A model generated the notes under the pieces. That model was not told the origin of the DNA. It searched no databases and was given only the letters and a program-made list of their open reading frames with translations. A stretch of DNA of 64,000 bases, taken from positions 128,001 through 192,000 of the forward strand of contig DASPSR010000022.1 of the NCBI GenBank assembly GCA_035623825.1, read 5' to 3'. The DNA comes from Nitrospirota bacterium (lineage in GTDB: Bacteria > Nitrospirota > UBA9217). This document shows positions 29,569-40,229 of the stretch, in pieces (within the stretch, counting starts at the first letter, position 1; every line of letters begins with the position of its first letter). Made by a program: the position numbers and the translations under genes.

Positions 29569-30213
29569 ATGCAGACTGCAAAAAAAGTCATAGAGATCGT
29601 TCTTCTTCTCGCCTTCAGCTTTGCAGCACCTTCTCTGGCAGGGGCGTTGGATGCCGTAGCGCCTGATACGACCGACGAGCTCAGGGCGCAGGTGCATGCC
29701 ATGGAGCAGGATGAGGCCGCTCTCGAAGAGGAAAACCAAGGCTTGAGGAAGATGCTCAAGCAAATCGACGACAATGAGATATACCTGGTGGTTGACACCG
29801 AGAGCAACCGCCTGACGATGAGGCGGGGGCGGAAGACCCTGATGACAGCGGTGGTGGGAACGGGCAGTCGGCAGTTTGTGCAGGAAGAGACAGGAAGGAG
29901 CTGGTATTTCGAAAGCCCTACAGGAGCGCTGAAGGTTCTCGGCAAGGAGCGTAACCCCGTCTGGATCAGGCCTGACTGGTCATACGCTGAAGAAAACATG
30001 CCGGTGCCACCGGAGAATGACCCTGACAGGATCGTGCGCGGCGTCCTCGGTAAGTATGCGCTCATCCTCGGGAACGGCTATAAGATCCACGGGACCAAGT
30101 ATACCGACCTCTTGGGGACCCATTTTACCCACGGATGTATTTCCGTCGGAGACAAGGACCTTGAGACGCTGTATCGGTCTGTAAAGATCGGGACCAAAGT
30201 GTACATTTATTAG
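29569..30213 (+). CDS. L,D-transpeptidase (YkuD family) with signal peptide and coiled coil
   Basis: PVWIRP, LGKYAL, IHGT...THGCI catalytic His/Cys motif. Confidence 0.9.
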   Translation: MQTAKKVIEIVLLLAFSFAAPSLAGALDAVAPDTTDELRAQVHAMEQDEAALEEENQGLRKMLKQIDDNEIYLVVDTESNRLTMRRGRKTLMTAVVGTGSRQFVQEETGRSWYFESPTGALKVLGKERNPVWIRPDWSYAEENMPVPPENDPDRIVRGVLGKYALILGNGYKIHGTKYTDLLGTHFTHGCISVGDKDLETLYRSVKIGTKVYIY

Positions 30214-30234
30214 CGCCGTGTACGGAGTGCTACG

Positions 30235-30747
30235 ATGAAAACTGCGGCAGTGCACTTGCTTCTCCTGCTCTCGCTGTTTCTCGCTGGGATGAACGGGAAC
30301 GGACAGGAACCTGATGAGCGCGAAGAACTCCTGCAGCAGCGCGAGGAGCTGAACAAGAAGATCGAGACGCTGCGGCGCGAGCAGGACTTCCTGCTTTTCG
30401 AGAAAGTGCTCTACGCGGCGGACTCCAAGTATCTGATCATCAATCTCGGCTCGAGGGCGGGACAGCTCAAGTACAAGAACCGGGTGCTTAAGGATTTCCG
30501 TTTTAAGGCGTCGCCAAAGCTTGCCGGCTCGATCGGACCCGGGGCTCTGACCCTCACGAAGAAAAGAGAGGATCCTGGTCAGAGGCATGTTCTGGTCTTC
30601 GGGAAGTCACTCGTCATACAGTGGAAGCGCCCTCCCCGGGCTCCCTACCAGGCGGATGTCCCGAGCCTGTCTCTTTCCAAAACAGACTTGCAGTCAATAT
30701 TTTATGCCCTCGAAGAAGGAGCGAAGGCGTATATCTTGACTAGGTGA
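30235..30747 (+). CDS. Secreted YkuD-fold paralog lacking catalytic His/Cys
   Basis: Aligns by eye with the upstream LDT (YLIINL, GALTLTKK, LVFGKSLVI, DLQSIF...GAKAYI) but has no HG..HGC. Confidence 0.65.
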   Translation: MKTAAVHLLLLLSLFLAGMNGNGQEPDEREELLQQREELNKKIETLRREQDFLLFEKVLYAADSKYLIINLGSRAGQLKYKNRVLKDFRFKASPKLAGSIGPGALTLTKKREDPGQRHVLVFGKSLVIQWKRPPRAPYQADVPSLSLSKTDLQSIFYALEEGAKAYILTR

Positions 30748-30990
30748 AGCGATTGCAGCAATCTGAGATTTAGGCCGCTCGGGGAGATGATCAACAATTT
30801 TTCTCATGCTGTCCCTGAAACGAAAAAGCGGGAAACACGTCGGTTGTCGACCATGACGGCAGATGGCTACATCGTGCAAGCCCGTCTTATCTTCCCCCTC
30901 TCTGGCTGATATTATTCCGCATGGCACTTTCTCATATTTCTTTATTGCGCATCACTATGGATAGATAGGGTGTCCTTCGGGATTTTCAGA

Positions 30991-31024
30991 TTGACTACGA
31001 CTGATTTCACGGTATAATGAATCC
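30991..31024 (+). promoter_or_regulatory. sigma-70 promoter giving a probable leaderless mRNA
   Basis: TTGACT-16-TATAAT then 6 nt to ATG 31025; no SD. Confidence 0.7.
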
Positions 31025-32434
31025 ATGCGCGAGCTTACGCGGGGCGAGGAATTTTATGACGGTACCGCTCTCTTCGGAGACCCCGTCCATGGGTATATCT
31101 CGTTCACCACGCCTCGTGTGACAGGAGAGAAGACCGAAAAGGACCTTATCGATACCCCCTGGTTGCAGCGCCTGCGGCAGATCTATCAGCTCCAGAGCGC
31201 CCGGTGGGTATACCCTTCAGCCGAACACAGCAGGTTCCAGCACTCCCTCGGCGCCATGCACCTCGCGGGCAGATTCGCAAGGCACCTCTATCCATCGCTC
31301 AAGGCAGCCGTTCCAGACTGTCCGTCCACAAACTACGTAGAAGAGCTCCTGCGCGTGGCAGCGCTCCTCCATGATGTCGGTCATGGCCCCTTTGGCCATT
31401 TTTTTGACGATAATTACCTGGAGCAGTTCGGGCTGACCCACGAAAAACTCGGCCAGCACATCATCAGGACGGAGCTCGCGGAAATCATCAAGTCGATTCG
31501 CCGCGGCCCAGCCGGGGAGTTCTCCAAGGGCGAACGTCTGAGTCCCGATCAGATAGCTTTCCTTATCGGCAAGGGATCAATAGTGACTGCAAAGCAGCCA
31601 AGGTGGCTCCAGTTCCTTCAGCCGCTGCTTTCGGGCATCTATACCGTGGACAACCTCGACTATGTGCTGCGCGACGCCTATATGTGCGGGGTTGCCATCG
31701 GCGCGGTCGACATCGATCGGCTGATGTATTATACGTTTTTCACGGACAAAGGCCTCACGCTCCATAAGTCCGGCCTAACCGCCTTGAACATGTTCCTGAA
31801 CGCCCGTCTATACATGTACACGAACGTCTACTATCATCGTACAACACGAGCTATTGACGAACATCTCAAGGAGTTGTTCAAGGAAACGATGGCTTCGCTT
31901 TTCCCGTACAATCCGGTTGAAAATCTCAATGAATATCTCGAACTCACCGACTGGTCCCTCCTCGAGGCGGTGAGGAAATGGGGGGGTGGAGAGGACGGCT
32001 CAACGGCCAAGCTCGGTCGTGAATGGGCCGCCATCCTCTCCCGAGAAGTGAAGTGGAAGATGGCCTACGACATTACGCTTTCGATGCGCGCGTTCGAAAA
32101 AGGGAAGACCATCATCGATGCGGCTGATCTCGTAAAACGCATCAAAAAAAGCCTGCCGCCGAAGCTGAAGGAACTCGATTTCCGGGTGGACATGGCAAGC
32201 CAGGACCCCCGGCCGATCAACCCTCTCATGATGGGCGAGCGCCAGATCTATGTGTTCAATCCCTCGACGCGGAAGGTCGAAAAAGAACCACTCAAGGATT
32301 TCTTCGATTATATTCCTGCGCGCGTGGTCCAGTGCCGGATATTCACCCTGAACCATGACCATGACCAGCTCCTCGCCGATATCGTCGAGAGCGTACTTGG
32401 GCTTCAGGAGGAGAGCATCAAGACGAATGTCTGA
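31025..32434 (+). CDS. HD-domain phosphohydrolase (SAMHD1/dNTPase-like)
   Basis: DPVHG, QRLRQIYQL, HSRFQHSLG, LLHDVGHGPF.H, VDNLDY. Confidence 0.9.
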   Translation: MRELTRGEEFYDGTALFGDPVHGYISFTTPRVTGEKTEKDLIDTPWLQRLRQIYQLQSARWVYPSAEHSRFQHSLGAMHLAGRFARHLYPSLKAAVPDCPSTNYVEELLRVAALLHDVGHGPFGHFFDDNYLEQFGLTHEKLGQHIIRTELAEIIKSIRRGPAGEFSKGERLSPDQIAFLIGKGSIVTAKQPRWLQFLQPLLSGIYTVDNLDYVLRDAYMCGVAIGAVDIDRLMYYTFFTDKGLTLHKSGLTALNMFLNARLYMYTNVYYHRTTRAIDEHLKELFKETMASLFPYNPVENLNEYLELTDWSLLEAVRKWGGGEDGSTAKLGREWAAILSREVKWKMAYDITLSMRAFEKGKTIIDAADLVKRIKKSLPPKLKELDFRVDMASQDPRPINPLMMGERQIYVFNPSTRKVEKEPLKDFFDYIPARVVQCRIFTLNHDHDQLLADIVESVLGLQEESIKTNV

Positions 32435-32785
32435 CTTAATTCCTGATAACCATTCCTCACCAGCCGTTCTTAGCCGGTTACGACGCCATTTTCCGTAACC
32501 CGGCGGACCGATGTAATCTTCATTTCATGATATAGTCGTTTGGCAGGGAGCGGTTTCGGCCGGATCCTCCGAGCTAGAATGATACGAAAGTCAGGCCTTT
32601 CGTCGTGTTCCGGGGTTGAAAGTCGCCATGAGAATCGCAACCTGAATATCAGCTTTCCGGCTGAGCATGAACCTCGTAACGTCATATTGGTTCATGACAG
32701 CCGGATGCGTTTCATGTACATTATATTTGCACCATCTGGGGTTCATCAATCTAAACGCATCTCTTTATTGCTGGTGCTTTCATTT

Positions 32786-34627
32786 TTATGGTCCTCTGCG
32801 TCCTTTCATGATCTTCTTGACTTTTTGCACGATTGTCTGGTTCGATATTTCCTCATACCCCAGAAGCTCATCAGGCTTGCCGCTCTTCGGCATCCTCCGC
32901 ACGGCGAGTGAATATACCGGCGCCGGGTGAGCGGCGAGAGCGCCCGCTACGGCTTCACCGATTCCGCCTTCGGCGAAGTGGTCTTCGACGGTGATGATCC
33001 GTCCGGCATCGTCTGCGGCCTCCGTGAGCGTTCTCGTGTCTACGGGCTTCACGCTGTAGAGGTCTATCACGCGGATATAGATCCCCCCTGCCTTCAGTTC
33101 CTCATAAGCCTTGAGCGCCTCGTGGACCGTGATGCCTGCCGCCACGACAGCTGCCACATCGGCCTTGTTCGATTTCAACACCTTGCTGCCGCCGATGCGG
33201 AACACTTCATCGTTCCGGTACAGGATAGGCGTGTCTTTCCTCGTGGTACGCAGATAAGCGATCCCCGTATGCTCCGCCATTGCCTCTACGAGTTTTTCCG
33301 TGGATACGGCATCCGAAGGATAGAGCACGATGCTGTCCAAAAGAGTCCTGAACATGGCGATGTCTTCGAGACCCATCTGGGACGAGCCGTCTTCGCCGAT
33401 GGACACGCCTGAGTGGGAACCGCAGAATTTTATGTTCGCATGCGAATACTGGCTCATCCGTATCTGGTCGAAGGCCCTGGTCAGGAACGCGGCAAAGGTC
33501 GAGACAAAAGGCATCTTGCCTCGGACGGAGAGGCCGAGGGCAGCGCCGACCATATTCTGTTCGGCAATGAACATCTCGAAGAATCGATCCTTGTGCACGT
33601 CCTTGAACAGTTCGGAGAACGTGGAGTTGCTCACCTCCGCGTCGAGGACCGTTATATCCGTGAACCGTGGGAAAATGCGCACTAGGGCGCTCCCGTAGGC
33701 ATGTCTCGTGGAGACCGGTTTCTCACCTGTGTAGGATACGGAACGGATCCTCTGGGCCGATCGCTCCTCGGGCCTGATATTTTCCGGTCTTGCTATCTGA
33801 CCCTTTATCGTCCTGTCGATGGGTCCCAGTTCTTCGAGCGCCCTCGCGAGTTCGTCCTTTTTGAGCGCTTTTCCATGCCAGCCGTTCTTGTCCTCGATGA
33901 AGGATACGCCCTTGCCTTTCAGGGTCTTGGCGATGACCATTGTGGGTCTCTTCTTGACCTGAAGGGCGTGTTCATAGGCAGCCAGAACCTGAGGCAGGAG
34001 GTGGCCGTCGATGACGACCGGCTCCCACCCGAAGGACGCCACCCGCTCCTTGTACACGGAGAGATCGTGGCCGTACATCGTTTCTCCGCGCTGTCCGAGC
34101 CGGTTCACGTCCATGATGCCGACGAGGTTATCGAGTTTGTAGTAGGCGGCGATTTCCATCGCCTCCCATTGGGAGCCCTCGGCCATCTCGCTGTCCCCCA
34201 GGAGCACATAGGTCCGGTACGGCAGCCTGTCGATGTACTTCGCGTTCATGGCCATGCCCACTCCAATTGAAAGTCCCTGTCCTAGGGAGCCGGTAGCGGC
34301 CTCGGTATAGGGGAACGCCATGGTGGGGTGCCCCTCGAGGGGGCTGCCGAACTTCCGAAGGCTCATGATCTCTGTCTCCGTCACCTTTCCAGCAGCAGCC
34401 CAAAGTGCATAGAACAACGGCGAGGCATGCCCCTTCGAGAAGACCAGCCGATCGTTGTTCGGATGACGGGGATCGTCAGGGTCGAACCGGAATGTCCCCC
34501 CGAACAGAAGGCCGGTCATAAGGTCCGTTGCAGAGAGGGAGGATGTTGGATGCCCTGAGCCTGCCTGAGTGGTGGAAACGAGGCTGTAATAACGAATGAG
34601 TCTGGCGATGCTTTCAAGGTCGTGCAT
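32786..34627 (-). CDS. tkt: Transketolase (about 610-aa single-chain type)
   Basis: SGHPTSS, SKGHA, LEGHP, TGSLGQG, GDSE..EG, IAEQNM, GEDGSSQ; GGAGG SD before ATG 34627. Confidence 0.93.
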   Translation of the reverse strand: MHDLESIARLIRYYSLVSTTQAGSGHPTSSLSATDLMTGLLFGGTFRFDPDDPRHPNNDRLVFSKGHASPLFYALWAAAGKVTETEIMSLRKFGSPLEGHPTMAFPYTEAATGSLGQGLSIGVGMAMNAKYIDRLPYRTYVLLGDSEMAEGSQWEAMEIAAYYKLDNLVGIMDVNRLGQRGETMYGHDLSVYKERVASFGWEPVVIDGHLLPQVLAAYEHALQVKKRPTMVIAKTLKGKGVSFIEDKNGWHGKALKKDELARALEELGPIDRTIKGQIARPENIRPEERSAQRIRSVSYTGEKPVSTRHAYGSALVRIFPRFTDITVLDAEVSNSTFSELFKDVHKDRFFEMFIAEQNMVGAALGLSVRGKMPFVSTFAAFLTRAFDQIRMSQYSHANIKFCGSHSGVSIGEDGSSQMGLEDIAMFRTLLDSIVLYPSDAVSTEKLVEAMAEHTGIAYLRTTRKDTPILYRNDEVFRIGGSKVLKSNKADVAAVVAAGITVHEALKAYEELKAGGIYIRVIDLYSVKPVDTRTLTEAADDAGRIITVEDHFAEGGIGEAVAGALAAHPAPVYSLAVRRMPKSGKPDELLGYEEISNQTIVQKVKKIMKGRRGP

Positions 34628-34759
34628 GAGAACCTCCCGGTTTATCGCAGGGCGTGAAGAGGGAATGATCAAACCCAGCGAGTCGAATGATCCGTATCAT
34701 GCGAATGTGGACCCGCATGTACGATAAGTATTGGCGCAACTATCAGTTTGTAACGTTAG

Positions 34760-34792
34760 TCAGTGCGTCCTCTGCGACCTTTGCGGTGGAAA
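34760..34792. repeat. Eroded short REP-like repeat ((C)TCTGCG units)
   Basis: TCAGTGCGTCCTCTGCGACCTTTGCGGTGG; resembles recurring intergenic repeats of anaerobe genomes (from memory). Confidence 0.35.
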
Positions 34793-34795
34793 TAA

Positions 34796-36229
34796 TCAGA
34801 TCAAACAACGCATTGTCTCTCTTATCAATTCAATAATCGGTTCCGGATATACACCTATCCAGATCAAAAGAACCGTGAGCCCTGAGAGCGCAGCGCTGTC
34901 TGTGCGCGAGAGCTCGGGAGCGTGCGCATGTTCTATTTCGGCGCGAGAATACAGGGCGACAATAATGCGCAGATAATAATAGAGCCCAATCGCGCTGTTC
35001 ACCGCGAGGACGATTACTAAGAACCAGAGGCCTGATGCCACGCCTGCCGCAACGACGGTGAATTTTCCGACGAACCCTGCAGTTATCGGAATGCCTGCCA
35101 AAGAGAGCAGCATGGCGGTGAAGACTCCCGCAAGCCAGGGGCTGCGCCAGGCAAGGCCGGTATAGTCGTTCATGCTGTCGGCATCCCGGTCCTTTACCGA
35201 TAGAGCCGACACCACGCCGAAAGCGCCGAGGGTGGTGATGAAGTACGCGGTCAGGTAAAAAGCCGCCGCGGTCATGGCAGCGGTCCCGCTTGCCAGCAGC
35301 GTCACGAGCAGATATCCGAGGTGCGATATCGAAGAGTATGCCAGGATCCGCTTGACATTGCTCTCCAGCAAGGCGAGCAGGTTGCCGGTGGTCATAGAGG
35401 CGACAGCAATGATAGTGAATATTGCGAACAAGGACCGGTTGGTTAGGATGCCGGTTACGGAGAAGTAGCGGAGTACGAGCGCGAAGACGGCGCCTTTCGA
35501 GACCGTCGCCACGAAAGCAGTTACCGGAGCGGGCGCTCCTTCGTATACGTCGGGAGTCCACAGGTGAAACGGCACAACGGCCAGTTTGAAGCCCAGACCT
35601 ACGATGATCATCACCAGGCCGGATGTGAATGCCAGCCTGTGAACGCCTTCTGATGCGGCACGGGCAGCGATCTGGACAAGCTCCATGCTGCCGGTCTCAG
35701 CATAGACCAGGGCCATGCCGAAGAGTATGAACGCAGACGATACAGCGGCGAGGATCAGGTATTTGACGCCCGCCTCGATGCTCCGGTCGCGGTGACGCAG
35801 ATAAGCGGTCAACGCATAGAGCGATACGCTCAGGATCTCTACCCCGAGGAAGAGCGAGGCAAAATGCATGCTTAAGGAGAGCACGGCGCAACCGAGCGTA
35901 GCGAGGAGGAGAAGAAGGTAGAATTCTTCGCGGTGGCCTTCGTGAATTTCAAGATACGAGTAAGAAAGCGCAGCCACGAAGAAGCTCGCGGCGAAGATCA
36001 GTCCCGAGAAAAAAAGTCCATAGTAGTCGAGGATCAGAAGCGGCGTTATCCTCCGCGGAATCACGCAGGCGACCGCTGTCAGGGACATTCCGGCGATAGC
36101 GAGTCCTGCGAGGGTTAGGATTGCGGTGAGCTTGTGACTCCGGTGAAAAGCGATCACGAGCATGACCATGATTATCGTGGCGGCAATGATGATGAGAGGC
36201 TGCAGCGCGAAGAGGTCAGATGCGTTCAT
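34796..36229 (-). CDS. nuoN: NADH-quinone oxidoreductase subunit N
   Basis: EAGVKY, FKLAVVPFHLWTPDVYEGAP, AYSSISH; ATGA overlap with nuoM. Confidence 0.95.
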   Translation of the reverse strand: MNASDLFALQPLIIIAATIIMVMLVIAFHRSHKLTAILTLAGLAIAGMSLTAVACVIPRRITPLLILDYYGLFFSGLIFAASFFVAALSYSYLEIHEGHREEFYLLLLLATLGCAVLSLSMHFASLFLGVEILSVSLYALTAYLRHRDRSIEAGVKYLILAAVSSAFILFGMALVYAETGSMELVQIAARAASEGVHRLAFTSGLVMIIVGLGFKLAVVPFHLWTPDVYEGAPAPVTAFVATVSKGAVFALVLRYFSVTGILTNRSLFAIFTIIAVASMTTGNLLALLESNVKRILAYSSISHLGYLLVTLLASGTAAMTAAAFYLTAYFITTLGAFGVVSALSVKDRDADSMNDYTGLAWRSPWLAGVFTAMLLSLAGIPITAGFVGKFTVVAAGVASGLWFLVIVLAVNSAIGLYYYLRIIVALYSRAEIEHAHAPELSRTDSAALSGLTVLLIWIGVYPEPIIELIRETMRCLI

Positions 36230-37734
36230 TTCGTATATCCTCGCTCCGTTGTCTGAACCGAAGAGACGCCATGCAGGATGCCGTCCAATGCCGGTCCGCA
36301 CGCGTTCAGGAGGGGCTGCGGGCGGAGCCCTATCCAGAATATCGCGATGATCAAGACCGTCATCATGCCCGTTTCGCGGATTGAGAGGTCAGGCATCCGC
36401 ATGCCTTCCTTGACGGCTCCGTGGAATGCGCGTTGGACGATCCAAAGGGAGTAGATTGCCGAGAGGACCAGGCCTGTTGCCGCGAGTACCGTGATCGCAG
36501 CATTAACTCGGTACGAGCCGAGGAGCACTAGAAACTCTGCGACGAAGTTGCCGAGACCCGGTAGACCGAGTGATGCCAGGGCGAAGACGAGCCCGACGCC
36601 GCTCAAGCGTGGGACCACGGCCCAGAATCCTCCCATTCTGTCCAGTTCACGGGTGTGAATGCGCTCCTGGATCATGCCGACGATGATGAAAAGTGCGCCG
36701 GTGCTCACACCGTGGGCAAGCATCTGGATGACCGCGCCTGTGAGCGAGTGCAGGTTACCGGCGAAAATGCCGAGCAGGACGAAGCCCATATGGCTGACGC
36801 TGGTGTACGCCACAAGGCGCTTCAAATCGGTCTGGCCGAAGGCGCATACGGCACCGTAAATGATGCCGATGTCGGCGATGACCATGGCAGTCGGTGCGAG
36901 TGAGGCCGCCGCTCCGGGGAAGAGCGGCAGGACAAAGCGAATGAGACCGTACGCGCCGGTCTTGAGCAGCAGCCCGGCAAGGATCACGCTGCCGGCGGTT
37001 GGCGCCTCGGTGTGGGCATCGGGGAGCCACGGATGGAACGGCACTGCGGGAAGCTTCACGGCAAAGGCGATGATGAAGCCAAGCATGAGCCACATTGCAG
37101 CGGTCGGCGAAAGGGATGTGCCGAGGAGCAGCGTGTAGTCAAAGGTATAGATGCCCGTATTTCTTCCGTGGACGAAATACAGGCCGAGGATCGACAGGAG
37201 CATGAACAGCCCGCCGGCCTGGGTGAAGATGAAGAACTTGAGCGAAGCATATACCCTGTTCTCGTGACCCCAGATATTGATTATGAAGTACATGGGGACC
37301 AGCATCAGCTCCCAGAAGAAATAGAACAGGAACAGGTCTAGAGCCGTGAAAACACCGAGAATACCTGCGAGTATCCATAGGAGGTTGAAGTGGAAGAACC
37401 CGACGCGCTCGCGGATTTCCGTCCATGAACAGATTACGGACGCGATGCCGAGGAAGATGGTGAGTGTCATCAACAGCAGGCTCAAGCCGTCTGTCGCCAG
37501 GTGGATACTGATGCCGAGCTGGGGTATCCAGGTCCGGCTGTGCTCGACAAGCCATGCGCCGCGCTCAAGAGCGAAAGGTGCCGAAGACGCCGACCAGAGG
37601 GACAGGAGCAGGAATCCGTCAGCCACGAGAGAGGCAAGCGAGATCCACCTGGCTGCTGCGCTGTTGTTGCGGTCTAGGGACCATGCCGCCAGTCCGCCGA
37701 TCAGAGGGATGATGATGAGCCATGCGAGGATCAT
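36226..37734 (-). CDS. nuoM: NADH-quinone oxidoreductase subunit M
   Basis: FWELMLVPM, WLPDAHTEAPT, LKTGAYG, AYTSVSHMG. Confidence 0.95.
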   Translation of the reverse strand: MILAWLIIIPLIGGLAAWSLDRNNSAAARWISLASLVADGFLLLSLWSASSAPFALERGAWLVEHSRTWIPQLGISIHLATDGLSLLLMTLTIFLGIASVICSWTEIRERVGFFHFNLLWILAGILGVFTALDLFLFYFFWELMLVPMYFIINIWGHENRVYASLKFFIFTQAGGLFMLLSILGLYFVHGRNTGIYTFDYTLLLGTSLSPTAAMWLMLGFIIAFAVKLPAVPFHPWLPDAHTEAPTAGSVILAGLLLKTGAYGLIRFVLPLFPGAAASLAPTAMVIADIGIIYGAVCAFGQTDLKRLVAYTSVSHMGFVLLGIFAGNLHSLTGAVIQMLAHGVSTGALFIIVGMIQERIHTRELDRMGGFWAVVPRLSGVGLVFALASLGLPGLGNFVAEFLVLLGSYRVNAAITVLAATGLVLSAIYSLWIVQRAFHGAVKEGMRMPDLSIRETGMMTVLIIAIFWIGLRPQPLLNACGPALDGILHGVSSVQTTERGYTK

Positions 37735-37818
37735 AAGTGCCTGTCCTTTTGGAATCTAACTTTCATGCAAGCCGTGAAAGACATTAGGATATCGAATCTA
37801 AGTGATCAAACTTTGCGT

Positions 37819-39711
37819 TCAAAATATGACAATCCCAAGGAACACCACAGCGCCAACCGCGATCCCGATGGCGTACCACCGGATATTGCCGGTCTGCGTT
37901 TTGATCAAGAGGCCATGTGCCATGCGGGTCAGAGACGCTATCCCTGTGTAGCCGAAATCAAAGAAATCGTCTTTAGTGGTCCTTGTCAGCCAGATGAACG
38001 GCCGGACGAAGATCGTGTCGTAGAGCCAATCGAAGCCCCACCCTGAGAACCAAAACCTCTGGAGTATCGAGCAGCCGGGGGTCTTCGACAGGGTTTTTGC
38101 ATACAGTGGCTTGCGGAGAAACAACAGATAGGCGATGAAGATGCCCCCAATTGAAACGAGCGAGGCAATGACTTGGAGGATCATCTCTGCGCTTTCACGC
38201 GCGGGCAGCGCAACACCCTCCTCAGGGAACACACTCTGCATGAACGATGAGAACGGCCGAAGGTTCCCGAGCGTTTCGGGAGGTTCCACGAAACCGCCGA
38301 TAATCGAAAGGAGACCGAGGATCAAAAGCGGAACAGCCATGCGAGTCCCCGGTTTATGGCTCACAGCCATCTTCTCCTCGCCGAGGAATGTGATGAAGAC
38401 CATGCGGAAAGCGTAAATCGGGGTGATGAAAGCGCCCAGCAGCCCAGCGGCCCAGAGACCTTTGCTCCCCTCTGCCGAGGACCAGGCATGCCAGAGTATG
38501 AGATCCTTGCTGTAGAAACCGGCGGTCACGAGCGGCAAGGCCGAGAGGGAGGAAGCACCGATAAGAAAGGTCCAGAACGTGATCGGAAGTCTTTTCCATA
38601 GGCCGCCCATCTTGAACATATCGTGCTCGTGGTGCTGAGCGAGGATCACGGCGCCGGCGCCGAGGAAAAGGAGGGCCTTGAAAAAGGCGTGGGTCATGAG
38701 GTGGAAGATGGCGGCAGACCACGCACCGACTCCGAGGGCGAGGAACATATAACCGATTTGGCTGACAGTAGAATAGGCCAGGACGCGTTTGATGTCATTC
38801 TGCGCAAGAGCGCTGAATGCGGCGAGCAACAGGGTTGCCGCACCGATCAAAGCCACAACGGACTGCACGGCTGGGGCTAAGGTGAACAGGACATGGGTGC
38901 GGGCAACGAGGTAAACGCCGGCGGTCACCATGGTCGCGGCGTGGATCAAGGCACTGACGGGCGTGGGGCCAGCCATGGCATCGGGTAGCCACACCTGCAG
39001 CGGAAGCTGGGCCGATTTGCCGAGGGCACCGCCGAGCAGGAGCGCTGCGGCAAGAACGGCCGTTGGGGACCCGGAAGCCCACTGATTCCGTGCGCTCTGC
39101 ATCAGATCTTGGATGTTGAGAGTGCCCAGGTGCGTGAACAGGAACAATAACCCCACTGCCATCGACGTGTCGCCGATGCGCGTCACGATGAAGGCCTTAC
39201 GCGCAGCCTGTCCGTTGGAGGCGTCCCTGTACCAGAAGCCGATCAAAAGATAGCTGCAGAGTCCCACGCCTTCCCATCCGAGATATAGGAGCAGCAGGTT
39301 GTCGGCGAGCACGAGGGTGAGCATGGAGCCCACGAAGAGGTTCATGAAAGCGAAAAAACGGCTGTAGCCGTCTTCATCCTGCATGAACTCCGATGAGTAG
39401 AGGTGAATGAAAAATCCTACGATTGTCACGACCAGCATCATGACAAGTGACAACGCATCCAGGGTGAATGATATTGTCGGTGTGAAGCTGCCGGCCCTCA
39501 TCCACGTCCAGAGAGTCTGGGTGAATGCACGGCCCGCCGGCGGGTTCGTCATGAAATCAATCGCCATGGAAACGGACAAAAGCGCGGACATACCAACTGA
39601 GCCGACGCCCACGAAGGCAATGGATGCATTCGATAGGCGGCGGCCAAGCAAGGCCAGGACAAGGAAGCCGGCAAACGGGATCACAGGTATGAGGAAGAGA
39701 AGGTTCAGCAT
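37819..39711 (-). CDS. nuoL: NADH-quinone oxidoreductase subunit L
   Basis: WEGVGLCSYLLIGFW, KSAQLPLQVWLPDAMAGPTPVSALIHAATMV. Confidence 0.95.
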   Translation of the reverse strand: MLNLLFLIPVIPFAGFLVLALLGRRLSNASIAFVGVGSVGMSALLSVSMAIDFMTNPPAGRAFTQTLWTWMRAGSFTPTISFTLDALSLVMMLVVTIVGFFIHLYSSEFMQDEDGYSRFFAFMNLFVGSMLTLVLADNLLLLYLGWEGVGLCSYLLIGFWYRDASNGQAARKAFIVTRIGDTSMAVGLLFLFTHLGTLNIQDLMQSARNQWASGSPTAVLAAALLLGGALGKSAQLPLQVWLPDAMAGPTPVSALIHAATMVTAGVYLVARTHVLFTLAPAVQSVVALIGAATLLLAAFSALAQNDIKRVLAYSTVSQIGYMFLALGVGAWSAAIFHLMTHAFFKALLFLGAGAVILAQHHEHDMFKMGGLWKRLPITFWTFLIGASSLSALPLVTAGFYSKDLILWHAWSSAEGSKGLWAAGLLGAFITPIYAFRMVFITFLGEEKMAVSHKPGTRMAVPLLILGLLSIIGGFVEPPETLGNLRPFSSFMQSVFPEEGVALPARESAEMILQVIASLVSIGGIFIAYLLFLRKPLYAKTLSKTPGCSILQRFWFSGWGFDWLYDTIFVRPFIWLTRTTKDDFFDFGYTGIASLTRMAHGLLIKTQTGNIRWYAIGIAVGAVVFLGIVIF

Positions 39712-39803
39712 GGCAATCTAAAAAAATTACCGTAATGTTGCGAAAGGCCCAACGATGGGAACCGTGACCATCGTTCTGGTTGCGCGTTTATGCGGTTCAT
39801 GAT

Positions 39804-40115
39804 TCATCCTTTCATCCGGCTTGCTGCATCAGCATCGAGAGTTCTGAAACTGTGGTAAAGCTGCAAAACGAGCGCCAAGCCTACGGATACTTCGGCCGCG
39901 GCCATCGTAAGGATAAAAATGAACAGGACCTGGCCGTCAACCTGTCCCCAACGTGCGCCGGCGACAACGAAGGCCACTCCCACTGCATTCAGCATGATCT
40001 CGACGCCCATGAGCATGAACACGATGTTCCGCCGGACTATAACGCCGACCAGCCCGAGGGCAAATAGAATGGCAGCGAGGATGAGACCATGCTCCATAGG
40101 CACGGATGCGATCAT
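39804..40115 (-). CDS. nuoK: NADH-quinone oxidoreductase subunit K
   Basis: [23 protein letters not shown]. Confidence 0.95.
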   Translation of the reverse strand: MIASVPMEHGLILAAILFALGLVGVIVRRNIVFMLMGVEIMLNAVGVAFVVAGARWGQVDGQVLFIFILTMAAAEVSVGLALVLQLYHSFRTLDADAASRMKG

Positions 40116-40229
40116 TGATTATCCTTCATGGACCTGATTTGGCGCTTGTGACTAAGCACGCCGAACCGATTGACTGGGCGCATATTAAATGACCTCGACC
40201 AAAACTTACGGCCTCAGCGGCAAGGCCTG

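Noticed and set aside
32608-32640. GGTTGAAAGTCG resembling the raiA-motif RNA core
   Set aside because: The flanking conserved segments and helices are not evident, so this is likely a chance match
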